Origin: Sphagnum compactum
Lineage: Eukaryota
Assembly (NCBI GenBank): GCA_965153455.1
Contig: OZ234494.1
Location: forward strand, 7,502,001 to 7,566,000
Direction: 5' to 3'
Length of the DNA stretch: 64,000 bases
Shown: positions 24,776 through 38,612 of the stretch, in pieces
Layout of the letters: the number at the start of each line of letters is the position of its first letter
Position numbering within the stretch: position 1 is the first letter of the stretch
Translations under genes and position numbers: made by a program
Notes under the pieces: model-generated
Seen by the model: only the letters and a program-made list of their open reading frames with translations
What the model was told of the DNA's origin: nothing
Databases searched by the model: none

Positions 24776-27699
24776 TTTTGCTAGAGGTGAACAAGGCACT
24801 CCAGAGTCAACACTCAAAGTTGAAGGAATTTCATCCAAGTCTATCCAACAATGTATTCCCAAGGTGAATATTATGATACCTAGGGAAAAAATAAAAAAGG
24901 TTCTTATGATAAATTAATTTATCATGAGTGAGATAATCAACGCGATAATGGCCTGCTTTGATGGGAAACTAGAGATTGTGCTTGTTAATCTTACACAAAT
25001 TTTGACCAATATCCTTTATGGGTTGATTTTAATACCCATTTTTTCTATTATTTTTCTCAAGCATGCATGTTCATTTTCATACCGAAATCGTCATCATTGA
25101 CATCCTCATCATCATCCTCCCTAGTAGTAATGGTCGTTTGCGACAATTCCACATAATAGGCCACATCGTGTTGATATATCATTAGATGGTATTTCATCGT
25201 CTATAATTCTCTTCTTTTTAGTCGCACGAGATTGAGAACTCCTTGAGACCAACAAATTACTGTTATTCACTCTCATGCTCACCTTTTTTATAACAAAACT
25301 TGCGAGCAGCCTTCCTCCTGTTTTTCTTCCTTCTTGAAGGAACAAATGTATCATTTTCCCCTAGTTTTTCTTTTACACCCAACCCATGTTGTTCAAGATT
25401 TGCAACCAGGGGTGGACCACAAATTGCAAGGGAACTGGATTTGTATTATACAAAATCGATAGACATTGCAATCTCTTCAACCTTGTCAAACAAGTCCATT
25501 GGAATGAGCTCAAGAACTCGAACCTTTTTCTCTTGCAAATTGCATTGATACTACTTCAAAATCCTAAATGGACAACAAACCTTGAAAGATAGACAGATTT
25601 AAGACACATGAGAATATACCAAGCATAAATTTGTTAATACTCCATTGCCGAAGATACTAAAACATGCCATTCCACCATGCAGAAGTGGCTACATAATGAA
25701 TCGAATGGCGTCGAGGTTGAGTTTGAGCTTATACAACCCCTTCTCTTCTAGAAATGGACAATTCTAGATGGGGATCCATGCTGGAAGATGCCTTGATGCC
25801 AAAATGTCCTCATGTGCAGACTTCCTTCTTGTGAAGGAAAAAGGTAAACGTATACCAAAAGTGGCAAATTCATCCACGAGTTCAACGACGTTGATAAAGG
25901 AAACTTCCAACTTGGAAACCTAATAAAATCCATATTCCATAGAGATGTCATCCATGAAATCTTCTTCCTGAAGTGTCACGACCAAATTGTTAAAAGACTT
26001 TTGGTCACAAATATAGACAATTGTTTTGAAGGTGACCTTCATGGCAAGCAAGTTCGAAAATACACTCTTCTAATCTGTAACAGAATAGATGTCTAGGTCC
26101 TTGCTTAAAGAATTCAAAATCGAGAACACAGCAAATATCCTCTATATTTAATGTTTAGGAAATCAACATTCCTTGAGGAACCGTCCACAACGTCCTTAAA
26201 GCTGTTGAGTTCCAAGAATGGATCCACCCTATAATGCGACTTGAAGTGCATAAGGCCAATCTTTGGGTTTCTGTCTTGAAACCTTGAAATTCATTGGTCA
26301 AAAACCTCATTAAATTCTTCGGAAGGAGGATCCTTAGACGGATTCATACAAATTTGTCCCTTGAAGAAGTCATCGTTTAACGTCTTCTCCATCAACACAA
26401 ACAACACCTTGTTGTATTTATGTTGTAATTTCATTTTTTTCCACATCTCCTCAATGTAAGGATGTGGACTTTGCGCCATTGGTTGTGGATGTTTAGGAAT
26501 ACCATGATTTCATTTTTAATCACCTTTGTTCCTTGACATTGTAGCAAAACTTCATCATTGTCATGAGGTGCGGGTTACCTCTCATCGCAAGTTGATCCCA
26601 CATCAAAATTTTGTGTGCCTTCAAACCATGTGCAAGCTTCACCATGTGTAACTCCTTTAGTCCCACAAGGCAATTATATGCCGACTTTCCCACAAGTTGT
26701 GGTCTTGAACATAATTTGCCTTACCCATCCAAAATCTTTCTTTGTTCCCACAATAACAAAATTTCCTTCCACTCTTCATAGAACAAGTCCAAAAGCAACA
26801 TGATTGACATACATTCCTTCATTGACCAAATTGCGAACACAGTTGTTAGGGACGCCTTGAAGCTCCACACAAAACCAGTTCAACATGTTAGATCATTTCC
26901 AATAGCTTAAATAAGCATTCAACATGGATTTCTTGCATAAATGATTTGTGAAAATCCATACCTTGTAAGCTTATGTCTTCTTCTTATCTTGTTCGAGTTT
27001 TAGGTTTGGTTGGCCAAATTCAATCCATATTTTTTGTTCGTGTTCAAGATTCTCCCTATTTGAAGGAACCGAATTCTTCAACGTATATGGATTATTGAGG
27101 ACAGATAAGAATTTACAAAGCTTTACAGAATCAGCATTCTAGACGACAACAATACCAAAGGCCTGGAATCCAATTCATATCTACACAATACTTTACTTTT
27201 ACCTTGTACAAAGGTTTTTGTGTAAGGATTTTTGCATATTCTGTATCAATAGAAGGAGGGTCTTGGTCAATGTTGGGCAGCTATCATAATTTATGATACC
27301 CATCGGATTTGATTTTCACAAAATATGGTACTTGTCGAATACAATTTTCCCCCAAAAAACAATTTTAATTTCTACACTAAGTAAAGGTATCAACATTTGT
27401 TTTTTAAATTTCTTAACAAGTTATTGTAATGCCGGTTCTCAAAAATATGAGAACAACCAGTTCTCCTTTATCGATTTGCACAAACTGGGTATTATTATTA
27501 GTTTAATTAAAAATCTATTTTTCGATATTAAAATTAAATAACTATTTATTTTATTTTATTTTTAACAATGAAAACACACTAAACAATGTTAGATTTATTT
27601 TTTAAAATAACGATCAATTTATTTATTGAACTTTTAAACTTCAACAATTTCATCCTTTTTGAATTCCCCTTCAAATTCCTCTTCTAATTCCATATCCCT

Positions 27700-29950
27700 T
27701 TCAAGGAATTTTAATAAATTAGATGGAGATTTACATCCTATTTTAAGATGATTAGGTTAATTTTTGTTGACAAAAATCAACTTCTCTAAATTTTCTATTT
27801 GTAAACGACATCTCCTAAGATTAGTAAGAACTCCAGCCAAAGAAAAGATCTTTTTTTGTTTCTATTTGTGATCCAACAATCCCCAAAATCCGTTGAGCTA
27901 AAAATCAAACAATAAGAAACATTGCTTCATGTTTTTGCCACCATTGAAGAGGACATTTGATGTCCTTAGCATCCAATTGATACCTCCTAAAAATCAAAAG
28001 CTCCCTCTTGACAAGTTCTACTAGTTCATTTGTGCTTGTAGTTTGTTCAAATATATCCAAATTGCAATCCTGATCAAAAATATTATGGTTAGCAAAATTC
28101 ATCTATGATCTCACCAAAGGATGCAAATGTCCATAACATTTGACCAACATAGGATATAAGGATTTTCTATCATATTATTCAACAAGAATAGCACCTTGCT
28201 CCCTTCCAACAAATGAAGATACTATACGAAGGCTCTTATAACTAGGGTCTAGCATCAAAGAAATCATACCTAGGGTTTTCCTCTTATCATAAACCTTTAA
28301 GAATGAGAGGAAAAAATCCAACACATTAATAACCTCCCTTCTAATGTAAAAGCCAGCAAAGATAACTCATCATTAACAATTGAATCATCATCCATTAGGT
28401 TTTCAAATGAAGGTAGAACTTGATTTTCTTCCCTAAGTTTCAAACTCATGGAAATGGCAAAGTGTAAAACATCAGTAAGAAGCCAATGTCCATGTGATTG
28501 ATTAAGAACACAGATAAAAACAACTAGGGAAAAATAATCAACAATAGTTTGATAAATTTTTCATGTCAAAGGTGGAGGCACTTGACTAGTGACTTTCACA
28601 GTAGTCTGTTTGTTATAACATAACACAATGGCAAATCAAAATTTTAAAGCTTCTTGAAAAATAATGACTTTACTAGCAAACCTATAAAGAAGCAATAACA
28701 ACTTGATTAATTATCTTATCAAAGTTTTAACCACAAAACTTTAAAGAGTTGAAACAATGAATTTGAAAAACCTACCTTATTTTGACTGGAATGTTTAATT
28801 TTTCTGGGTTGAATTCTAGTTTCAAAACAAGCCTTATTCCATTCCTGTCTGCCCTTCCCAAACTTCTGAGGCCCAGTGATGCATTTTTGCAAATATGTTT
28901 GGGCAGACTTCATATAAGCATATTTCATATTTTTGTAGACTTTTTCCTTTGTAGTGCCATATTGACATGCTTTTGAAAATGCATGTCCAAAACAAGTACC
29001 TTGGAAGCTCTCTTCTATCCCAAGATATTCACAATTTACAACAGACTTTAACGCACCAGTCATTACATTGAAATTAGATCCTTCATCTTTGACATAAACA
29101 ATAATTTTTTTTCCTTAAACCATATTTATCCAACAATTTTGTCAAACTTTTGGCCAAGGCTTGCCTTGTTGTTTCTACTGCTTCAAATAAACCACAATCA
29201 CATGTTTGGGTTGCTAATCACTACTTAAAAAAATTACCAATAATGCGAACACATCATTTGCTCCTTTAGACATCCAAAGGTCGAAGTTCGTTGTTGCAAA
29301 ATAACATTCTACCAATGCAAGAAGAACATATAATTCATTTGTCTTCTCTATTAATCATGGCAATATGTCTTGTGAAAACTGCCTTCTGGAAAGGAAGTTT
29401 AATTTTGGACAAAGATGAAGAATTAAACATTTGAGCCACATACTCTCCACAAATTGGATAGGTAAATAAATCTTGACAATTAACAGACCAAGGTCCTCTA
29501 AAAATTCTTTTTGTGACACGTCCTCTTTTTTTAAGGTATTTTTTATAGAAAAAAACTTAGAGATTCACCTTCCAGATGGATTCGTTCTTTTCTTTGATGG
29601 TTGTCTTTCCTTAATCCTTCTCATAAGATTGTTCATTTTTTCTTCAAACATTTGTGCAATAGAAGAATAATATGCATCTGTTGTTTCTTAAGAGAAGTTA
29701 TTCCATTGGTTTTGTAATAAGAAATCAATCCTTTCCTCACTTGAATTCTTGAATTTATTCTAATTACTGGTTTTTGATAATAGAGTATACAACATATTAT
29801 TTGTCTGTTAATCAAATCAACTTTTGCATCGTCATTTACACAATAAAAACTTTAACATAAAGAAGTTCTACCATGTGGTTTCTAGATTTTTCTTTGAGCA
29901 TGCAATTTTTTAAAATTTCCTTCATTATTTCTTCAATGCCATTTTCTGGA
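27700..29950 (-). pseudogene. hAT transposase pseudogene
   Basis: Fragments TTNFDLWMSKG (first catalytic D), YVKDEGSNF (second D), CFGHAFSKACQY (CxxH) and C-terminal dimerization region CPLQWWQKHEAMF...ILGIVGSQIET..FSLAGVLTNLRRCRL; many stops and frameshifts. Confidence 0.88.
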
Positions 29951-30599
29951 TTCCTATTTGTTTATGTTTGGACACATGGATTTTTCTTAGACTTATCTTC
30001 TAAAACTACATCATTCATACATATTTCAATTGTTTATTCCCACTTATCACATTCTCATTTATAGAAGATTGTTCCATTAATAATTTTCACAAGACTATGT
30101 CCAAAGATAATGCAAAAAATAACTATTCTTCAACAAACTATGCAAAACATCTTGTAAAATTTTTAATCAAAAGAAATAAAAACGAAAACAAAAAAATGCA
30201 TTTACAAGCAAATGTTTAAAGGTTTAAAAAAGACATTTACAAACAATGGAGTCTAAGGTTTAGAAAAATTATCAACAAATCACTCACTTTTGTCTCTCAT
30301 CTCATCATGGAAAAATTCATCATGGGAAAATAAGTTTAGGTTTAAGGGTTTTAGATTTAAATTCAAAGGTTTGATTATAATCCTACACATAAACAAACAA
30401 AACAACAACATATTAAAATTCATAAACTACACTAAAACAAAATTATTCAACTCAAAATAAAAATGACAAACAAAAACAAAAAAAATACAAAACAAAGAAA
30501 AAAAACTTGAAAAATTAGGAAAAACAAAAAAAAATGTTGTTGGATGAAGCTTGTTGGTGTTGCTCCAAGCTCCTCCAGCTACATAAGAGAGTGAAGAGG

Positions 30600-31010
30600 G
30601 AGTACCAACTAACAAGATAGAGCAGCAAGGCATGAGAACGAGCATCAAGGCAACAAAACAACAATATGGGGGGGGGCAGCTAGGAGGTATTTGAAAATGG
30701 TGGACAACAAGGCACGATGGCAGGGCAATGACATGCAATGGCAAGGCATCGACAATAAGGCAACAAGTGTAGCAACAAGGCACGAAAGTGAAAGTAACAA
30801 GTAACAAGGCGCGATAATAGCAAGGTCCGAAAGTAGCGTAGTAAGGTGTGAGAGTAAGGCATGAAGCAACAAGGTGCAAAAGCAAGGTGTGCGAGTAGTG
30901 TAATTAGGTATGGAGTAGTAAGGCGCGATTGCAAGGTGCGAGAGCAATAAAGCGCGACAACAACAAGGCGCAAAAGCAAGCAAGGCATGAGAGCAGTAAG
31001 ACAATGAAAG
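30600..31010. repeat. Low-complexity (gcaacaag)n-like subterminal repeats of the hAT element
   Basis: Repeated caacaaggc / gcaagg units; these generate spurious Leu/Cys-rich ORFs on the minus strand. Confidence 0.65.
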
Positions 31011-34000
31011 CAAAAACCCAAAAAAAAAAACCAATAATAAAAACATTAACAAAAGAATAATGTTATAAGAAAAAAAAATCACAATAAGGGGAGTCAAAAG
31101 ACAACACCCTTTTATGCATATTTTTAGGGTTTGCAGGAAGGAGTTGTTGCAATGCAGTGGCTCCAACCTAACACTAAGTTTTCAAACAATTAAACCCTAA
31201 GACTCGGACCCAAGTAAAGGGTTAGACCTTACTCGATTGTCAAGTTTTATTTTTTATTTTAAAATTTTAGTTTTCACATTTGGTTCTCATTTATGTGAAA
31301 ATCGATATTTCGATTTTCAATCAAAGCATCATTCAAGGTGATACCCTGAGGGGATCATATCGGGATGCCCGGATGATGCTCGGGTGATGTTCGAGGGTGT
31401 TTGTGATACCCACCCAACACTGGTCTTTGTAGAGTGTGATCCTGATCCATTATGTTCGTGCATAATTATTTGTTTTCTTATCCTATGAAACATAATTGAA
31501 TTGCTTAGGATTAGGGAATCAAGGACATACCTTGTTTTTGCCATTGGAAGAAACGTGTTTTGTCTCTAGTTCAGTTGCTATACAATAGTTTTTTAGGCAA
31601 TAGTAAATATCTTCAGCACAATGCTAGTTGAATGTTATTTCCTTAAGTATACAAATTAAAAAGATGTTGAAGAAAATAAAAAGGTTAGGTGATTGACTTT
31701 CATATGATCTATGTTTCAAGGACTTAAGGTTCACAATAGTCTCAACTGTCTTAATTAGAGTATTTGTAGCAAGATGAAACCCTAAGCCTCTAAACCTTTT
31801 TCTAGAAGCGAGTCGACAGAATTGAGCTCTGATTGGTTTTAGGTCAAAAATATTTCCCCTCGCTTCTTTGGGTTCTTTCAAAATGAAATAAACACATGTA
31901 ATGATTCAAAATTGAAAAGCAAGGCCACTGAAATAATGGCAGAGCTGAAATTTGATTACAATTTGCTACAAGTCTAGAATTATATGGATTCTCTATAGCT
32001 CCAAGAAGGATTTTCCAAACTATGAAGAACCTAAAGAGAGCTATACGGCAACGATATTCCAACTTGTAAGAAACTCTTCGTGAATCAGATAACAAGTTGT
32101 AGGAAAACTCTATAGTGAAGAAATTGACCTACAACGATAACTCTGCCATCAAAAGAAATTACAAGTTTTTAAAAGGTTCCTAAACCCAGGAAGCTACAAG
32201 TTCCAAGAGGGTAAAAGAAATTCAAACATGTAAGAAGGTTTTTTCGCATTGTTCCATAATCGCCTCCGTGTTTGCAAGAATATCTTTGCATCGAGCGCCT
32301 CGTTGTGACTCGGTACTTCCTTTAACACTCCCTTCCCTGGTCTAGCTCCTTTGCTTGTTTTCTCTCTTCATAGTAAGAAAAAGAAGAAGGAACTACAAAA
32401 GTTGAATGTAATAAGAAAATGAAAAGAATTAAAATCAAATGAAATGTGACAAGAGATGAAACAAAAACCTAATTTGAATTGTTGAAACGGAAAATGAGAG
32501 AAGAGGTATGAGGAGAATAGTTGTGAGACATAATGGAAAAATGATAGCAAGGGGGAGGATGGGGAAAAAATGGAAGGAATTAAGAGGGGGGCACTACCAT
32601 ACACCACCACCTCTTCATTTGCACCCTGTGCAATTATGAATTTACAATTGACGGCAGCGTTTCCCTATTTTAATACTATTATTAATATGTTAAAGTGACA
32701 ATCTTCCATTTGTGGGTTTAAACATAATTTTAATACATTTATAATTTGGCAGACTACTTATACTTATAAAAATGTTTTGGCAATATGTGAATTTTTTTTT
32801 CCGAAATATAGTGAATTCAGGCCATTTCGCCCATGAAACTAATTTTTTAGTTTAAGTCAAAAATATTTTTGTCATGTCAAATGTTCAAAACATTTCAGTT
32901 GATGGTTTTTTCTTAGGTGTCACCATATTTTCGCTACTTTTTCATACACTAATTCTATTTGAATAATAATTTGAAAAAAATATTCCAAGATAAATGTAAA
33001 AGGAATATTTTGGATTAATCAGAAAAAATATTCTAGAATAATTCAAAAGGAATATTGCATAATAATTTGGAAGGAATCATCCAAAGTTATTGAACATGAA
33101 TTATATTCTAGAATAATTGAGAAAGAATATTTCAAAATAATTTAAAATTAAAAAAAATCAAAGATATTCCAATAAATTTTTGAAATGATAAGTTTATTAA
33201 ATTGAATTACTTTATATTAATATTCGACAGATAATATTCTATTGATTTTGAAGTTTTCAAGATGTTGTTTGAGTTTTTTGTCTTGAATTTATTGATTTTA
33301 GAAGTCTTATGAGACTTATGTCACTCCAAAGTCTTGAAATTTTAAGGGACGAGAGCTTAAAGGTTTAGTGGATGTAGTCTATAGACTATAGTGTAGACCA
33401 CAAGGTTAAATATTGGTCCCTTATAACATAGTTGGTGTTTATTGATTATTGATAACAAAGTGAATGGAGATTGATGTTATAATAACCAAACTAATTATAG
33501 GGTTGATGGGTGGTAAATCTTAATATTTTACCATTGGTTCAATTGTAGTTTCTGTTCTTATACATGTTATTTTCATTTATACAAAATTTGTAATAAAAAT
33601 CCATACATCATCCATAATATTTCAACAACCACATGTCCCATAGCCCAAGTACACACGCAGTTATGAATATGTCATAATTATGCCAGAATTTTACTTTTCA
33701 TTTTGATATGTAAAGAATAATAATAATACTAGAAAAAATACAAAAAAAGAAGATAAAAGATCATGGTTCTATTTTCTCTTGTTTCTACACTCCCACATTG
33801 GTATTCATTCTTGGAGAAGAAAAAAACTCCCACATAAATTTAAATTCCAATTCAATAAATAATTTATTTTACCATGTAACAATTGCATTATTACAAAAGT
33901 GGAGTGTAGTTCATTAACTCAAATCACTATGGGACATTAAAAGTGAAATAAATTCACTGTAATTTAATGATTTCACCTTGGTTAAAGTTTTTTCACTATA

Positions 34001-34079
34001 ATATCACCATGTAAACATTGTGTTTCATTACTAGTTGACATAATTCAATATTATAATTTAATATGGTAAATAGGTTTAT

Positions 34080-35340
34080 TTTTATGTTGTTGTTTTAAAT
34101 ACCTTATGCTACTTTATGATATACCTTATATTATTTTAGGCTACCTTAGTTCTTATAATTTATACCTTGAGTTATTATAAGTTATTATAGGTTATTATAA
34201 ATTATTATACCCTAAATTATTATCCGTTATTACCTTAAGGTACCCTAGTTAGCTTATTATAAGCTTTTTATTTCAAATTATTTTAAATTAAATTATTCAA
34301 CTAACCTTAGGCTATATTTTATATTATTTTATTTCAAGTTAATATGTTATTTCAAGTTATACTTTAGGTTATTCAAGGTCATTATACTTTATGTTATGAT
34401 AAGTTATTTTATCTTAAGTATAACAATTTAAACTAATGTAAAATAAAATATAATGACCTAAGGTTAAATAAAATAACCAATAATAACTTATGAAAAATAA
34501 TTTAAAATAACCTATAATAAAATAACTACCAATAGCTTATGATAATATACCCTAGGATATCCAATAACAATTTATAATATAATAGCCACCAATAGTCATA
34601 ATATAACCTTGAATAACCAAAAATAACCACCAATAGAATAATCACCAATAACCATTAATAAAATAGTCATTAATAAAATAACCACTAATAGCCAGTAATA
34701 TAATATTCACCAATACTTAGTAATATAGTAACCACTAATAACCACCAATAGCCATTAATAACCTATGGTAATTTAGCCTAAAATAACCACCAATAATCAC
34801 TAATAGAATAACTAGGTTATTTCATCTTAGGCTATTTTCGACTATTGTAAGTTTTTTTTGCTATTCTATATTATTTTTGGCTATTGTAAATTATTTCACT
34901 TTAGGTTATTTACGGTTATTATAAGTGATACCACCAATAATCATTAATAAAATAACCACTAATAGTCACCAATAAAATAGCCATTAAAAATCACTAATAA
35001 AATAACCATTATAGCCAACACTTTAATAGTTATTAATATCCATTAATACAATAACCATTAATAGCCACCATTGGAATAATTACCAATAGCCATTAATAGT
35101 CACTAATGGAAAAACAACCAATAGCCACCAATAGTCCTAAAATAATCGAAAATAACATAAAATAACCAAAAATAACTTAGAATAACTAAAAGTAAACTAA
35201 GGTGAAATAACTAAAAATAGCCAAAAATAATTGAAATAACAGTAAATATCCATAAATAATGTAGGGTGAAATAACTTAAAATAATGAAAAGTAACCTTAA
35301 AATAGCTGAAAATAGCCTAACAAAGGTATTATTATTATAT
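34080..35340. repeat. AT-rich minisatellite-like field (aataacc/ggttatt) in alternating orientations
   Basis: ttatt-rich at 34080-34425, aataacc(acc)aatag-rich at 34430-34810, ttatt-rich at 34812-34925, aataac-rich at 34930-35320. Confidence 0.7.
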
Positions 35341-38321
35341 CAGCAAAAATATTATCCATTTATTAAACATTTTCTTTTTCAAACAAATGGTCATTGAAAT
35401 GTTATTGAATAGTGATATTCAAAAAAAATTGTTCAAATGATTTTACACTTTTAAAAAAAAGAACAATTATGTACATTATTGAAAAAACTTTTAAATTAAA
35501 TTTTAATCATTTCATTTAGACAACATCACAATAAGATATGAATTTTCAAAGTTTATGTTTTTGTAATGTTTAAATAAAGTATTTGATAAATAGAATGCAA
35601 TGTAACACATCATCACAGCAAGTGTCGTGATTTGATGGTAGGGGTGTTTACCTCCATCCTAGAGGTCAAGGGATCAAACCTCACAAATGGTGTGTTTGTG
35701 GTCAATAATGGTAAGTTGACTGAATATTTTTTTATGTAGTTCCCTAAAGTAAATGCCTACTTAGGTTTATTACATCGCTTATGTACCTAGGCTAGGTTTA
35801 AACTTAACATAGGTAGTGACACATGTTAATAATTTAGCTATGTTGCTTGAGGGGTAGAAAGTATCATGGTTGATTCTTCCCATTGCTTCTAGAAATGAGA
35901 CAAAAACTCAACATGCAGATATTGTAATATTGCCCACCTGGAATTTTGAACAGATCATTACATACTTATCTACACCCACCATTGGGAGCTGATAACAGTG
36001 GGAAGTAACAGCAGTTAATCCCTACTAATCATGATGGAGGTGATGGTCCAATGTTTTATGAATGAAAATTCCAAGGTTATGACCTTGCTCATTATTGTCG
36101 AGTTAGTTTTCGTTCAACAAAAATTGAGAAAACAATTAACTTCAAAATGTCTTTGTAAATTTTTCTCTACAGTCTCATAAGTTAAAAAATTTCAAGGGGT
36201 ACCTAATAATAACACTGAACCTTATTTCCTTTTGTCAAAATTAGTGGTTACAAATGCCATAACATGTTCAACCTTGGTATTGCATTTTGAACATGGTGCA
36301 TGTCCAAACAATTTCCAGGCCAATGTTCAAGCTGAGTGGGATCACTATAAAATCATGAAATTATCAATAATATTAAATAACTTAAATTTAATTGATTTTC
36401 ATGCTACCTAATTAATTAACTAGCAAGTGAAATGGCTTTGTAAATTTATATTTCACTAAATACTAGTGGACCAATTCATTGTCCGTAACAACTGGTCCCT
36501 GTTCATTAGGGGATTGACTGATTTCACCATGGTAAAAATGTTGAAATTCACTCAAAATCTAATGAAACCTAAAGTGAACTAAAACGCATTTTGGTGTAGT
36601 GTTTGATTGTTTGGGCCATGGATAGTGGAAGAACATAAACTTTTGAACTACTAAGGCTTCAGAAAAAAAATTTAAGGGAAAACAACATGAAAGCATAATT
36701 ACATTACCAAACATTTTAGCCAAATATTTTCAACAAATTGTATTTTCAACAGATGTTTCAGGCTATATTTCATTTTTTATTCAAAAATTTTGACAATTAT
36801 TTCATGGTCTACATGCACATTTTTTTTTAATGCAATTATTCAATTGCTTTTGAAATATAAAACAAGACCTTTCTTCAACTTTGTTTTTTATTCCAATACT
36901 ACATGACTTATATCCTATTATAACACAACATACAATGCATGACATGTGGCACCTTAACATCAATTGATGATTCATCATTGACACAAAAAAATGCCTAAGT
37001 TGGAAAATTTATGCCATGGGGTTTCCATTTTAACTCTTGTTCTTGCAATTTATTAATAATTAATTGCACTATATCATCATTTTCAATGAAAACTTGAAAT
37101 TTCCTTAAACTTCTCACTTTCATTCATGAACACATAACATCTTTCATCTCAAAAGTTTGGCTCTACTTTTAAGATGTGTTCATAGACCAAGGCAAAAAAA
37201 GTTAAACAATTACATTTTTTCCAATTTCGCAAAATGTGAAAATGGATACAAATTATTCACAAATCACTTCACTTTTCACGAAAGACATTATGCAAGTAAA
37301 ATGCTCAAGTGCAAAACTATTTCAAAATTTCCTTTAACAATATAAGGTAAAAGTTAAGGTCAATATAAGAAAAGAAAAAAGGCTATACTTGAAGTGTCAA
37401 AGTTTTTACCAAAACCTCACAACCACTAACTTTCTGCTTCCAACGAAAATCCAACTTGCAAAACAATGTAAATGTCATGGTAGTACTGATCACAAAAGGG
37501 GAATATAACACAATGAACACCAACAATAGTGCCAATACCTTAATTATTCTTTAATGAACAAGATGAGAACTAACAACACAATGAGCACTAGCAATAGTGC
37601 TGGTACTTAAGTTATTTGTTGACAAACATGATGAACACCATCAATGTCCTTCAGTTGTTTGTTAATGAGTAGGACAAACACCAACCCCAACATGATGAAT
37701 ACTAACAACCAACAGCAACACAATGAACACTTACAACCAGCAACAACAAGATGAGCATCAACAACCAACAACAACATGATGAACTCCAATAACACAATGA
37801 ACACCTTCAAAAACACGATGAACACCAAAAACAACTTACTCAATGTTATAATTCAGCTTCCCACGTGAGAAAAATGGGCTTCCAACTTACACCCTACACT
37901 TCATCACAATCTCCACCCTAAACCTAAACCCTACCTCCACCATTAACATTAAACACTAACTAAGTCTAAACTCCCTACTCCTAGACCCTTAATAGCCAGA
38001 CCTAGGGTTACTTATATAACCTACCTAAGTAATCAAAATTTGGAATAAAAAAAAGACATAATTCCTTGTCAATAGAATATCTCAGGTTACATACCCTAAA
38101 ATCCAGGTATCATATTAGTTATCACCTTGAGTGATACTCGATTGGTCTTTGCATGAGAACCAGCTGAGAACCGGGTCAACTTTGGATCACAATTTTGTAC
38201 CCACCCTACACTGGTCAGTACGTCCCATTGTCCCATTTGGAAATTTATGACAACATACCTATGTTGCAAGTTTTGCTAGATTTGCAATTTGGTTATATTG
38301 TGCAAGGGTTGATGTTGGAAC

Positions 38322-38612
38322 CAATGTTGGGTGGTTATTAAAGCAAGGAACAGACAACCGACAATTATTGAGGTGGTTCTTAGGGTTCATAATTATGGTT
38401 CTAAAAAAAAAAGGAAAAAACAATTCTGATATATAACCAAGGTTCTCAAGATGTTTAAAAAAAAATTCAAACAACTGCCGTATAAACTGCCCATTTGTTC
38501 AGGTTCTATCAATGGGGTGTTTCAGCACACACCTCAAAGAAATTTCCCATTGTTTTAGTGGGACAACAGAAATTGACGGTTCTTTATAAATTCAAATAAC
38601 CAGGAAACACTG
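38322..38612. mobile_element. hAT-family MITE (291 bp)
   Basis: TIRs CAATGTTGGGTGGTTATT and (reverse complement) CAGTGTTTCCTGGTTATT, similar to the 27268-31422 ends; degenerate 8-bp TSD GTTGGAAC / GTTTGGAC. Confidence 0.6.

Larger units (their letters stand above)
27268..31422 (-). mobile_element. Full-length hAT DNA transposon (4.15 kb), decayed
   Basis: Left TIR CAATGTTGGGCAGCTATCATAA versus right TIR (reverse complement) CAGTGTTGGGTGGGTATCACAA; 8-bp TSD GTCTTGGT (27260-27267) / GTCTTTGT (31423-31430). Confidence 0.9.

Noticed and set aside
30427-31166. Long Leu/Cys-rich minus-strand ORFs
   Set aside because: Produced by low-complexity subterminal repeats of the hAT element.
35618-35692. 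Functional tRNA gene
   Set aside because: Acceptor and anticodon stems do not pair; kept only as a tRNA-like finding.
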